Part shown: in pieces, positions 1-12,800 of the stretch
How the letters are laid out: each line of letters begins with the position of its first letter
Numbering within the stretch: the first letter of the stretch is position 1
Assembly: GCA_964016885.1 (NCBI GenBank)
Contig: OZ024743.1
Coordinates: 191,208,001 to 191,272,000, forward strand
Origin: Eledone cirrhosa
Taxonomy: Eukaryota
DNA: 64,000 nucleotides
Direction of reading: 5' to 3'
Notes under the pieces: generated by a model
The model's input: only the letters and a program-made list of their open reading frames with translations
What the model was told of the DNA's origin: nothing
Database searches by the model: none
Translations under genes and position numbers: made by a program

Positions 1-335
1 CATAGCTCAGAGACCAGAGAGTCACACCTCGTAGAGCAGCTACTTCACCGAATTGAGAGATCACAACTCCGATATTTTGAGCATGTGGTTAGAATGTCTC
101 AGTAAAGAATAGCTGGACCCATTTTACAGGCAAAACCAACCGGCAAGAGACCAAGATGTAGACCCTGAGCAAATAGTATGATAAGATCCATGAGCTTGGC
201 TGATTACGGTTTGGGATCCAGCTGGATCAATTGCGATGTTTACTACTGAAAGACTCACTGAAAGGAGTGTTTGAGAAGGACTCTGTCTCCACGTCTCTCT
301 CAGAAATAAGTGGGTGAAGAAGAAGATATTGTCAA
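1..335 (+). mobile_element. 3' end remnant of RTE-clade LINE
   Basis: ttttacaggcaaaaccaaccgg...gataagatccatgagcttggctg matches the reverse complement of the RTE 3' end at 22097-22400; ends in GAA-rich tail. Confidence 0.6.
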
Positions 336-407
336 TTTACTTTTCAATTTACATATATCTATATGCATATATATTTGTGTATAATACCAATATGCACACT
401 ACATATG

Positions 408-444
408 CTAGCAGAAAACCGCCCGAGGGCGGATTTTTTACTAG
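408..444. repeat. CTAG-bounded GC hairpin, Helitron-like 3' terminus (copy 1)
   Basis: ctagcagaaaa-ccgccc-ga-gggcgg-atttttta-CTAG-t; hairpin about 8 nt upstream of CTAG|T. Confidence 0.5.
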
Positions 445-937
445 TAACTATAATAAAGGGAGGAGTGCGGGACTGCGTCCTGAATATTTTTTTTCCCGTT
501 AGTAAAATAAGTTAGATTACTTTGAATAATCAATGAATGAATATTACATAATTTATCTACTAAATTTTGAAGCTGTTGATTAAACATAAATATTCTTATA
601 TATAATGATTGCTTATTTTAAGATTCACTTCTTTTAAAATTTTGAAATGTCTACACTTCCGGTTAGCGTTCGTTATATCATAACATTTATTACATCGCTT
701 ATATAAACATCCATATATTTGCATCGTTATATAAGGTTTCATTACATTTCACCATAATGCAGTTTATATGTAATATCTTCTTTTTTAAATGTATCATGTA
801 TTAATTTATTGATTACAGAAGAGAGTGTAATACAGTTTTTCTTCAATTTCTGAGCATATTGTCAATTACGATTTTATTTGAAATATATCTACATGCATGT
901 ATATTTTCGTATAATATAAATATACACACTACACATG

Positions 938-973
938 CTAGCAGAAAACCACCGGAAGTGGTTTTTCTGCTAG
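938..973. repeat. CTAG-bounded hairpin, Helitron-like 3' terminus (copy 2)
   Basis: ctagcagaaaaccac-cggaa-gtggtttttctgctag; upstream ~60 nt similar to 350-407. Confidence 0.5.
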
Positions 974-1539
974 TTTATGTAATTATCAATGGTTTTTAAG
1001 CGCTCTTTGTGAGTTCAACCACATGTATTTTGTATGATCATTCTGTAGCATCCACCACTGACATCGATGAATTGAAGTAATAATGTTTATGTTAATAGAA
1101 AGCTGTTAATAAAAGACGAAACATTTCCCGGAAGAAAAAAGTGTATAAAAAAACGAAAGTTGTGAGTATTGATATAAAAGTTTGTATTTGTAAAGATATT
1201 TTGAATTAGGTAGGTAATGTGTTTGAGGATTTTGCTATGACATGGTAGTTGTGATAAGGTAAGAGATACAGTGTAGTGATAAGCGAATCATCAAATGCCT
1301 TATCTCTGAGATGTCGGGCCTTTACATTCACCATTATACAGAGTGCATCAGCGTTACAAGCGGCTTTCAAACGTAAATAGATATATTTTATCATATGCAT
1401 GGAAAACAATACATATTTTTTTTATATATATAAAGTGGGCGTTGCATTGAGTGGATTCTGCATACTAACAATATTACCAAATTTAGATAGGAAAGGAATA
1501 GGAATATATTAAATGCTGTTATATCAAATGTTGTTAGAG

Positions 1540-2512
1540 AGGTGAATTGGCAGAATCGTTAGTGTCCCGGACAAAATGATTTGTAGTATTTTGTTACCAC
1601 CCTTCGCGTTCTGAGTTTAAATACCCCCCCCCCCCGATCAACTTTGCCTTTTATCATTCTTACTTGATGAAATAAAGTACCAATACTTGATTGGTGGTCG
1701 ATTTATTGATTCGCCTAACTGCTAAATTTACTGGTCTTGTATCTAAATTAAAAACCAAAGGTGGTGTATTAGCAGAATATTTAGACGATCCGGTAAAAGT
1801 TTAACACTATTTGTTTGGGTTCTATAATCTATGAGTTCAAATACCGCTCATGTTAAGTTTGTCTATTACCCTTCTTGTTTCTAAATCTCAAGCCATTACA
1901 TTAAACATTTTTATTATATTAGAAAAATGGTACTTTGAAATTAATTATTTCTAATAATTTATTTGTATGAAATACATTGTCTACGTCAAAAAGAAGACGA
2001 AAAATTGCAAGGTTTTAAACTGAAAAAAGAGGAATGATTATTCTAAGCGTTTTAAGGGCGGTGGATTGGCAGTGTCGGTAGAGGCTCGGACATCATGTTT
2101 TGCAGCATAGAGTTATGGCTCTTTATTATCTGAGTTCAAATCTCGCCGAGGTTAACTTTGCCTTTCATCCTTACGATGTCGATAAAATAAAGTACCAGTC
2201 ACGCACTAGGGTCGATTTAATTGACTTTCCCCTCCCCCCAAATTGTTGGCCTTGTGCCTAAATTAGAAACCATTATTTACTGTTAGAATGGGCGGTGAAT
2301 TAGCAGAATTGTTAAAGTGCAGGATAAAACGGTTCGTAGTATTTTGTTACGTCTCTTTATGTTCTGAGTTTAATTCCGACCGAGGTTAACTTTGTCTTTC
2401 ATCTATACGAGGTCGATAAATAAAGTATACGCCAAGAATTGCGGTCAAATTCATCGCTTCCCATCCCCTCAACAAAATTACCGGCTTCGGGTCTAAAATG
2501 GAAATCATTATT
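1540..2512 (+). mobile_element. Cluster of about four tRNA-derived SINE copies (approx. 1540-1755, 1760-1875, 2057-2278, 2290-2512)
   Basis: Head ggcggtg(g/a)attggcag, B-box-like gagttcaaat, core aactttgcctttcatcctt..gtcgataaaataaagtaccagt, tail ccttgtgcc...gaaa(c/t)cattatt. Confidence 0.8.
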
Positions 2513-2518
2513 CTCTGT

Positions 2519-2562
<44 letters not shown>

Positions 2563-3397
2563 TGTGTGTGTGTGTGTGTTTGTGTGTGTCCTCTGGTAGA
2601 TAACTTCTCGTGAGTGAAATACTGTTGGCGGATATGGGTGTAGGTGCCTATGTTCATAGATAAATATATATATATATGTGCGTGTTTGTATAAACATAAA
2701 GAGAGAAACGAGGGGGAGGAGAATGAGACTTCATGATTAATTTCTCTTGAGGTCTACTTAATTGTTTTATTCTCAACTTTTGACAAACTAAGTAGAAGTA
2801 ATATAATATAGTTAATTTAATCTAGTGCACCCGCAGCTCTGCACAATTGGCTTTGTTCCCACTTTAAACGGGTTATTAAATTTGGAGGTGGTGATAGTTC
2901 AAGAAATATTTTACGTACTTAACCTGGGCGTTTTGTTTAAAAAGTCGTAAACATTTACGTATTGACATTCGCACGTTTGTCAAAGAATCTACGCGGTTAG
3001 GCGTAATGTATGTACCTTAAATTTACAAGAAGACCATATATTGAAGTCATTAACACGACACAATAGGAAAATTATTACATATATACCTTAACATGATTGT
3101 TGGAAATGAAGGGGAAATACATGAAATTTAGCTTCGATTATGTCTGTTTTAGTAGCACATCCAAGGGGCAGTTAATAGATAAGATTGTTTTCACTGTTAG
3201 CAATTATTTCTTTTTCCTTTCCATAATGAACTTCGATGTATGTATGAGAAGAATAACTATATCTATTGAAAAGTACACGTTTTTTCTATCTACTCTAGGA
3301 ATAACTCGTCGAAGAAATTTAGAAGTTAAATTTTGAAAGCAGTTGCTTAATGGAATATACTGCATTCTTTATTAGAGAATGGAATATGATAATAAAA

Positions 3398-3842
3398 ATA
3401 ATGACTTCTATCATAGGCACCAGGCCAGACATTTTTGGGGAAGAAAAATCGATTAAATCGACCACAGTTTGTTACTGGTACTTTATTATATCGAACCTGC
3501 GAGGATGAAAGGCAAAGGTAACCTCGGCGAGATTTGAACTCAGAACTTAAAGCGCCGTAATTCTATGCTGCAAAGTATGCTGTCCGACACTCTACCGATA
3601 CTGCCAACCCACCACCCTACAATGATGATTTCTACTATAGACACAAAGCCAGTAATTTGGGGGGAGGGGAAAGTCGATTAAATCGATCCCTGTACGTTAC
3701 TGGTGCTTTATTTTATCGACTCCGTAAGGATGAAAGGCAAAGCTAACCTCGGCAGGGTTTGAATTCATACCGTAAAGTACCTTATCTCTATGCTGCAAAC
3801 CATGGTGTCCGACTCTCTACCGATACTGCCAATCCACCGCCC

Positions 3843-3843
<1 letters not shown>
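3398..3843 (-). mobile_element. Two tandem copies of the same SINE family
   Basis: Reverse complement of the SINE at 2057-2278, occurring twice (approx. 3398-3620, 3621-3843). Confidence 0.8.
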
Positions 3844-3884
<41 letters not shown>

Positions 3885-4138
3885 TTTCTTTATTAACCAC
3901 AAGGATTTACATAAAGTAGACATTAAGGACAGTGCAGGACAATACAGGACGGTACAAATGGGCATTTCTGCGTGTAAAAAAAACAAAAAAAGCAGAGGGT
4001 GTAACAAAAAAATAACAATGAAAAATTCCCCAATAGGGGCGAGACTTCGGAGGGACATTTGTGGAGAAAGCCCAGTAAAAAGCCACAATGACCCTGACCA
4101 CCAAGGCAAGTGCCCTCTCCCAGTTTTCCACCTTTAAT

Positions 4139-7100
4139 TTACAGATATATACTCAGAGTAGGCCCATTCACTCGGGCCATTCTTGCTTCTCTCACCCATC
4201 TTTCAACAAAATGCTGGGAAGAGAGCACTTCCCTCTCTACTCTGATTTTCCTTTTCAAATGAAATTTGAAAAAGTCAATCAGAGCATCACCGAAGAGGTA
4301 AGTGCTCGTCTTCAGCCCTTTCAAACGTGTCCACCATACTATCTCTTTCGCCATGGCCACCAGACAGATAAAAACTGCCTGCCCTTCCCGGCTAAAGGAA
4401 GAGGGCGGGGCAATCCTCACGATGGACTCAGCTGATAGCTGGATCTGTCCCACACACGACAGCAGGTGTTCGACATAAACCCACAAGTCAGCAATTTTCG
4501 GACACTGGACGAGTGCGTGCAGGACGGTATCGTCGCCCTGCGCGCATCTCGGACATGCCCGGCTGACGGCACCTCCATGCCTGTAGAGTTTATCCCGAAC
4601 TGGCAAGGGTCCTCGGTACCACTGCCAGGCCAGAGATTTCTGGAAGTTGTCCATAGGCCCTGGCCCGAAAGTTCTTCCGAAGAGATTGGCTAGTTGATTT
4701 TCGTCGACACCTAGAGTTTCCCCAAGTACGTCGTCGCTCTTCCCCTCCACTAATCCTCTATAGAATGCCGAGGTGGAGTTTCCACCGATCACATTGCCCG
4801 ATTGGTCGAGGGCTGTGAGCGCCTGAAGAAATTCCAGTCTCCAGGTGCTCCCTCTCGTTCTTCGCTTGACCCAGGACTGCGGTTCCGTCAAGGAAACGAG
4901 CTGGGGAAATACGTGTCTAGCAAACGGCGACCTGACCTGATCACCGTCGAGGAAGAGGTGGAGATGTCGTAGCCTGAGTGCGTGCCTGCGAATCATCAGC
5001 CACGGCATGCCCAGCCCTCCACGTAGCGGGTGTTGACAACAGATGGACCGCCTGACCATCGGAGCGCGTCCCTTCCACAAAAAGCGAAAGAGCAAACGCT
5101 CCAGCGCAGTCAGGCGAGGCTTAGGACAAGGTACGACGGTCAGGCGGTAGCAGATGACAGACGCGATGTACGCGTTAGCCACCTCTGCTCGACCTTTCAG
5201 GGATAGCTTCCTCTCCGCCCATTTCTGGGTGAGAGAAGCCACCCTGCTCGTCACCTCGTCCTAGTTTTTGTCCGTCTGGAGGTCCGGACCGAACCAGACC
5301 CCTAGCAATTTAACCGGTCCGTCCGTCCAGCGTCCGACGACGCTGTTGGACGGCATGGACTTGCCTCTCCAGGTGCCGAGCTGCAGGCCCACTGACTTTT
5401 CCTGGTTGATCATTGCTCCTGTCACCGCTTCGTATTCTCTTAGTGTAGTGCCGATCGCCTCGATGTGTTTGGCGTTCGACACCACTACGGTGACATCGTC
5501 CGCATATGCTGACACGGATCTTCCGCATCCTAGTTCGCGCGGGAAGCCCCTCAACCTCTCCAGTTTGTGCAGTAATGGCTCGAGAGTCAATACGTACAAG
5601 AGGGACGAGAGGGGACATCCTTGGCCGACCGAGCGCATGATGTTGAACGGTTCCAACAGGTGACCGTTCACTCTCACCACACAGCAGATGTCGCTGTGCA
5701 TGGCAGCGATCCTGCCTCTGAAGACGGGCCCAAAGCCAGCCGCCCTCAGGACTGCCGATAGGTAACGATGGTCGACTTTATCGAAAGCTTTCGAGTGATC
5801 TAAATTGATCAAGGACCCACCCGTGCCAGGTTCCCTAGCTACCCTCTCTACGATGTATCGCCTGAGGTGGAGGTTGTCGTGGATGGATCTGTCGGGAATG
5901 GCGCATGTCTGCGCCTCTCCCACCAGACCACCAACGACAAGCGCCAACCTCTTTGCTAGCACCTTGGCCAAAATCTTGAACTCTGTGTTTAGCAGAGTTA
6001 TGGGCCGGAAATTATCTTTGTTATCCCCCTTGTTCGGATCCTTTCTCAGCAGTGCCACCGCTCCTCGGCTCACAGAACTGGGAATTCTCCCGTTCTGTTG
6101 CCAGTTGCAGTAGACGTCCGCCAAGAGGCCTCCGAACAAGTCTGGCATCTGTACGTAAAGTTCATAGGGCAGACCATCCAAACCAGGTGATTTACCCCTT
6201 GTGCAGCCAGTCATTGCCTCCCTTACTTCAGCGGCTGTTATCGGCTTTTCGCAACACCTCGCCTCAGTGGCCAAGAGCCGCGGCAGTCCATCGAGGTAGA
6301 CACTAAAGTCCATCCCTCGACCCGGCCCACCGCTGCCCCCGAACAGCTGAGCGAAGTGTCGCTGAAAAGCTTCACACATTTGCCCGGGTTCGAGTAGCAT
6401 GCGCCCGTCGTGGTCCACCAAAGACCGGATCGTGGCTTTGTTGCCACGACGCGCCTCCGCCACTCGGGCCCATTGAACGGCTTTCGTCCCCTCGTGTCTG
6501 AGAACACGCACCCTTGCTCTGACAACGCAGCCTTCGTGCTTTGCATTGTAGAATTGGTCAAGGGCCAATTTCGCCGAAAGCACGTCGGTCGCAATGACTT
6601 TGCTAAGCGCCTCGTCTAATTTTCTAACTAGTTCTCCCTCTGCTCTATTTTTCTCTATTGCTAAAGCCTTACTAAACCTAATGGATTCTATTCTAATCGC
6701 TCTTTTCAGAGCAAACCACCACTTGTTGTTGACGATGGCCCCCGTCAACGCCCGCTTAACTAGTTCGCTAATCCGGTTTCTGTAGACCTTTCGCGCTGGT
6801 AAGGACGCGTTTAGCTTCCAGTAGCCGGCTCCTCGTCTATGAAGCCTATCTAAGTCAAGCACACAGATCACGAATTTGTGGTCGGTGTAGCTGACTATCT
6901 TGAATTGTGGACAGCCTATGCTAGACCTATCTATTTCCCTACAAAATATTATATCTAGATATGATCTGGATGACCCTATGCGATTTGTCCAAGTCCACAT
7001 TGGCACATTCGGGAAATACAATCGGTACCTGTCAGACAGTTCAAGACGCCTGAGCAGGTTGGTGAGGCTCTTGCACCTTCCACCCCTATCCGCTAATCCC

Positions 7101-7558
7101 ACACTGTCCCAGCGTGCATCTAAGATCCCGTTCCAGTCGCCCACTAACACTAAAGAGCCGGACGTTCCAAGAAAGGTCCCCAGACGCCGGAAGAAATCAG
7201 GCCGCCCTGCTCCTGTCGGGGCATAGACGGCCACTAGCCTGAAAGCTTGTCCGTCTCCGCTGGTCACGTCTAGCACCACCAGCTTACCCTCTGGGTCCAG
7301 GAAGATGGCCCGTATGGCGAGATCCAAACCTCTCCGAAAAAGCACAGCAACTCTTCCCCCTGATCCAGGACGGCTGGGAGATGCGTACACATCGTAGCCG
7401 CCGAAGATCGGTGCGAAGGCTCGTGCTTCGGAGATTCTGGTCTCGCTGATGGCCACTACATCTATGTTTAGTGACCTGAGGTCGTTGAGCAGGTTACCCT
7501 GCTTCCATGACGACCCCAAGCCACGCGCATTTATGCTGCCTATTATGAGTGAGGTCAT
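4139..7558 (-). pseudogene. ORF2 polyprotein (APE endonuclease, reverse transcriptase, C-terminal CCHC) with a single in-frame TAG at 5261-5263
   Basis: SINARGL, ISET, VYAP, GDWN, TDH (APE); KSPGLDGL, FRPITLLN, KAFD, QGCPLS, AYADD (RT); CPRC..H..C. ORFs 5261-7558 and 4139-5254 are in one frame; copies 2 and 3 have TGG (W) at the stop. Confidence 0.92.
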
Positions 7559-7593
7559 GTTTAAAATAGAGTGGAATAGATGGGAAAGACCAC

Positions 7594-9579
7594 TTACCGT
7601 ACTTTTCGTAGAGTAGGGATGCTTTTTACATCCCTTTTCACTTGATCGTCTGGTGAAGGGACCGTTGAATCGTCCCTTCGGCTGGTCGTCGGCTCTTCTA
7701 TGAGTATGTCTGAATATACTCCTCGATTGATAGTTCCTCCTAGGTCCCTGAAGTCACCAACTGCGTTGGGGAATTTCGTTTTAATGTTTGTGTATTGTTT
7801 CTGTGCTATTTTTAGCAGTCTTATGTTAGTTGGCGTTTTGATTGGTCCTGGTATTATGTAGCCGTGTTGTGAAATGTCTGTGTGTTCAATTATGTAAGTC
7901 ATTAGTTTCTTGTTGTGTGTATTTATTGCAGTGCATTTGTTTTTCTAGGGGTGGGGTGTGGTCCTGCTATTTTCTTGTCGTTGTTGCTGGGTGTGTGTTT
8001 TGTTGTTGTGTTTGCGATGTTGGTGCTTGTGGTGGTGGTGTTGAAGGTGTTGTTGGCGGTGGGGTTTTCGCCGGTGGTGATGGTGGTGCTAGTGTGGGTG
8101 GTAATGGTGTTGGTGGTGTTGCTGCTGTGAGTCTCGTTGCAGTAGACTTTACACTTTTCTCATTTCTTTCCTCCCTTTTCAAAGGCGACGATGCGCTGCT
8201 TCTGCGTTTGTGCCTTCTTACGACCTTTTGCCATCCCTCTCCCACCTCACACTCCATGTCTGATTCTGTGAGGTCGGGGAGGGGTACCAGCTCCACTCTT
8301 TCACTTGTCGTTGTTGGTGATGTTTGCACTGGAGTCTCTGTTGCAGCTGCATTTGGTATTGCTGTTGTTGTTGTTAATATTTCCACTGCTGCTGCTGTTT
8401 TTGATTTCCGTGGCGTGGGTATGGGTGCCACGGACCTATCGTTCCTGGTTGCCGCTTGTCCTGTTGCTGGTAGCCGTGGAGCCGGTTTCGGAACGAGGGG
8501 GGTTTTCCCCTTTCTCAGGATATTCTCGTTGCAGAAGGCCCTGAGGTGAGTCTTCGATCCACAGCGAAAGCATTTCGGGCGTTTGCCCTCAACACTTATG
8601 GGCAGTTGAGTGCCGTTATCGAAGTCTATCACATCCGGGATATCTTCGATGCACTCCTGGTTGGTTTGGATTAACATCTCAATGGAGGTGCCGACCCAAT
8701 CTTCTCTTACTTTTTTCTGTACTTGCAGTAAAGTTGTTTTGTCCTCGATTCCGACGAGGACAGACGCGGCCAACCAAGAAGGGGTCATCCCGGGGGGGGG
8801 ACGTGGGTCAGTTTGACCCTCACAATTTTTTGCCCGCAGTAGGAGGGCACCAACACCATTTCCTCGCTCCTAAGGGTCACTACAGATTGAGCCTTTGCCT
8901 CCTGGGGTGTACCAAAAAGTACGTCTACGGTGGCATATGTTTTGCCTCGGGTGATGTGCGTTTTCCGCTGCCACACAGACCCCAAGGCTTTTTGTATTTG
9001 AGCCTCTGTGGCTCTTTCAACCCTACGGGATTTTGTACTTACTGTACGGTACGTGACCGTACAGTGCTGTTGGGTTTCGAAAAAGTTTTCCGCTGCCTTA
9101 CAGATTGCTAAGTGTCCAGTCTTTGTCACCATCTTCTTCGCTTCCTCTAATTCCTCATTTGTTATGAGTATTGTTTCCAGGTTCTTCGCGATACCTGCAA
9201 ATGAGATTGGTTTTTCTTTGCTGCTGTCGTTGTTGACGTCAGAGCTGCTGTTACTTTTGTTGTTGCTGCATGTACTACAACTACTGCCTCCGCCGCTGTT
9301 GCTGTGGTTGTTGTTGGTGTTGCTGCTGCTAATGCTGTTGTTGTTTATGCTGCTGCTGATGCTGTTCCGGCTGCTACTGTTGTTTTCATTGTCACTGTTG
9401 CTGTTGTTATTACGGCTGCTACTGCTATTATCCCTGACGTCAGACGAATGAAATGGGTTTTCGTATTTCACGCACACCTGTTTCGTCATCGTTGTCGTCG
9501 TGGAGAAATCTTGCACGCTTTGCACGAGACTTTTCTTTTCTGTCGTCGCTTGCGAAAGAGAAGGGAGGGAGAGAGACAA
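7594..9579 (-). pseudogene. ORF1 type A (gag-like nucleic-acid-binding protein), frameshift at a G run near 8790 and a stop near 7967
   Basis: N/S-rich N-terminus, conserved block homologous to copy 2 ORF1, CFRCGSKTHLRAFC (CX2CX4HX4C), P/T-rich tail. Confidence 0.8.
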
Positions 9580-9899
9580 TCTTCTTCTGTTGTAGTGATG
9601 ATTGAGGAAGAAGAAGACAGAATGAGTGGGAGTGACCTATGAAAATTCTTTTTCGTAGCCATGTTGTTTTTTTTGTTTAAAATAAATATTGGGCACAAAA
9701 CCCCAATAAGCAGTTATTTAATCCCGAAGGGCCAAATAACGGACAGAAAGACCCCTCTCACGAGGAGGAGGGTGTTTTTGTCTACAAGTTCGTTAAAGTT
9801 TTAAACAATTTACAATTGTTATAGCGTTCAAAATTTACAATACCTTACAGAGCCGAGCCTCCGTCAACCATAGCATTCAATAATAATAATAATAATAAT

Positions 9900-12800
9900 G
9901 ATTTCTTTATTAACCACAAGGGTTTACATAAAGTAGACATTAAGGACAGTGCAGGACAAATCAGGACGGTACAAATGGGCATTTCTGCGTGTAAAAAACA
10001 AAAACAGAGGATGTAACAAAAAATAACAATGAAAAATTCCCCAATAGGGGGGAGACTTCGGAGGGACATTTGTGGAGAAAGCCCAGTAAAAGGCCACAAT
10101 GACCATGACCACCAAGGCAAATGCCCTCTCCCAGTTTTCCACCTTTAATTTACAGATATATACTCAGAGTAGGCCCATTCACTCGGGCCATTCTTGCTTC
10201 TCTCACCCATCTTTCAACAAAATGCTGGGAAGAGAGCACTTCCCTCTCTACTCTGATTTTCCTTTTCAAATGAAATTTGAAAAAGTCAATCAGGGCATCA
10301 CCGAAGAGTGTCCACCATACTATCTCTTTCGCCATGGTCACCAGACAGATAAAAACTGCCTGCCCTTCCCGGCTAAAGGAAAGGGCGGGGCAATCCTCAC
10401 GATAGATTCAAATGATAGCCGGATCTGTCCTAAACGCGACAGCAGGTGTTCGACATAAACCCACAAGTCAGCAATTTTCGGACACTGGACGAGTACGTGC
10501 AGGACGGTTTCGTCGCTCTGCGCGCATCTCGGACATGCCCGGCTTACGGCACCTACATGCCTGTATAGTTTATCCTGAACTGGCAAGGCTCCTCGGTAGC
10601 ACTGCCATGCCAGAGATTTCTGGAAGTTGTCCATAGGCCCTGGCCCGAAAGTACTTCCGAAGAGATTGGCTAGTTGATTTTCGTCGACGCCTAGAGTTTC
10701 CCCAAGTACGTCGTCGCTCTTCCCCTCCACTAATCCTCTATAGAACGCTGAGGTGGAGTTTCCACCGATCACATTGCTCGATTGGTCGAGGACTGTGAGC
10801 GCCTGAAGACATTCCAGTCTCCAGGCGCTCCCTCTCGGTCTTCGCTTGACCCAGGACTGCAGCTCCGTCAAGGAAACGAGCTGGGGAAATACGTGTCTAG
10901 CAAACGGCGACCACACCTGATCACCGTCGAGGAAGAGGTGGAGATGTCGTAGCCTGAGCGCGTGCCTGCGTATCATCAGCCACGGCATGCCCAGGCCTCC
11001 ACGTAGCGGGTGTTGACAACGGATGGACCGCCTGACCATCGGAGCGCGTCCCTTCCACAAAAAGCGAAAGAGCAAACGCTCCAGCGCAGTCAGGCGAGGC
11101 TTAGGACAAGGTACGACGGTCAGGCGGTAGCAGATGACAGACGCGATGTACGCGTTAGCCATCTCCGCTCGACCTTGCAGGGATAGCTTCCTCTCCGCCC
11201 ATTTCTGGGTGAGAGAAGCCACCCTGCTCGTCACCTCGTCCCAGTTGTTGTTCGTCTGGATGTCCGGACCGAACCAGACCCCTAGCAATTTAACCGGTCC
11301 GTCCGTCCAGCGTCCGACGACGCTGTTGGACGGCATGAACATCCCTCTCCAGGTGCCGAGCTGCAGGCCCACTGACTTTTCCTGGTTGATCATTGCTCCT
11401 GTCACCGCTTCGTATTCTCTTAGTGTAGTGCCGATCGCCTCGATGTATTTGGCGTTCGACACCACTACGGTGACATCGTCCGCATATGCTGACACGGATC
11501 TTCCGCATCCTAGTTCGCGCGGGATGCACCTTCAACGTCTCCAGTTTGTGCAGTAATGGATCGAGAGGCAATACGTACAAGAGGGACGAGAGGGGACATC
11601 CTTGGCGGACCGAGGGCATGATGTTGAACGGTTCCAACAGGTGACCGTTCACTCTCACCACAGAGCAGATGTCGCTGTGCATGGCAGCGATCCAGCCTCT
11701 CAAGACGGGCCCAAAGCCAGCCGACCTCAGGACTGCCGCTAGGTAACGATGGTCGACCCTATCGAAAGCTTTCGTCTTATCTAAATTGATCAAGGACCCA
11801 ACCGTGCCAGGTTCCCTAGCTACCCTCTCTACGATGTATCGCATGAGGTGGAGGTTGTCGTTGATGGATCTGTCGGGAATGGCGCATGTCTGCGCCTCTC
11901 CCACCAGACCACCAACGACAAGCGCCAACCTCTTTGCTAGCACCTTGGCCAAAATCTTGAACTCTATGTTTAGCAGTGTTATGGGCCGGAAATTATCTAT
12001 GTTATCCCCCTTGTTCGGATACTTTCTCAGCAGTGCCACCGCTCCTCGGCTCACAGAACTGGGAATTCTCCCGTTCTGTTGCCAGTTGCAGTAGACGTCC
12101 GCCAAGAGGCCTCCGAACAAGTCTGGCATCTGTACGTAAAGTTCATAGGGCAGACCATCCAAACCAGGCGATTTACCCCTTGTGCAGCCAGTCATTGCCT
12201 CCCTTACTTCAGCGGCTGTTATCGGCTTTTGGCAACACCTCGCCTCAGTGGCCGAGAGCCGCGGCAGTCCGTCGAGGTAGACACTAAAGTCCATCCCTCG
12301 ATCCGGCCCGCCACTGCCCCCGAGCAATTGAGCGAAGTGTCGCTGAAAAGCTTCACACATTTGCCCGGGATCGAGGAGCATGCGCCCGTCGTGGTCCACC
12401 AAAGACCGGATCGTTGCTTTGTTGCCACGACGCGCCTCCGCCACTCGGGCCCATTGAACGGCTTTCGTCCCCTCGTGTCTGAGAGCACGCATCCTAGCTC
12501 TGACAACGCAGCCTTCGTGCTTTGCATTGAAGAATTGGTCAAGGGCCAATTTCGCCGCAAGCACGTCGGTCGCAATGCCTTTGCTAAGCGCCTCGTCTAA
12601 TTTTCTAACTAATTCTCCCTCTGCTCTATTTTTCTCTATTGCTAAAGCCTTACTAAACCTAATGGACACTATTCTAATTGCCATTTTCAGAGCAAACCAC
12701 CACTTGTTGTTGACGATGGCCCCCGTCAACGCCCGCTTAACTAGTTCGCTAAACCGGTCTCTGTAGGCCTTGCGCGCTGGTAAGGACGCGTTTAGCTTCC

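Larger units (their letters stand above)
3883..9878 (-). mobile_element. Tx1/L1-clade non-LTR retrotransposon, copy 1 (apparently full length, ORF1 type A)
   Basis: ORF1 with CCHC knuckle plus ORF2 APE-RT-zinc finger; bounded by (AAT)n at 3844-3882 and 9879-9899; AATAAA at 3' end. Confidence 0.92.

Noticed and set aside
2057-2150. tRNA-like A/B boxes
   Set aside because: These are SINE heads, not complete tRNA cloverleafs
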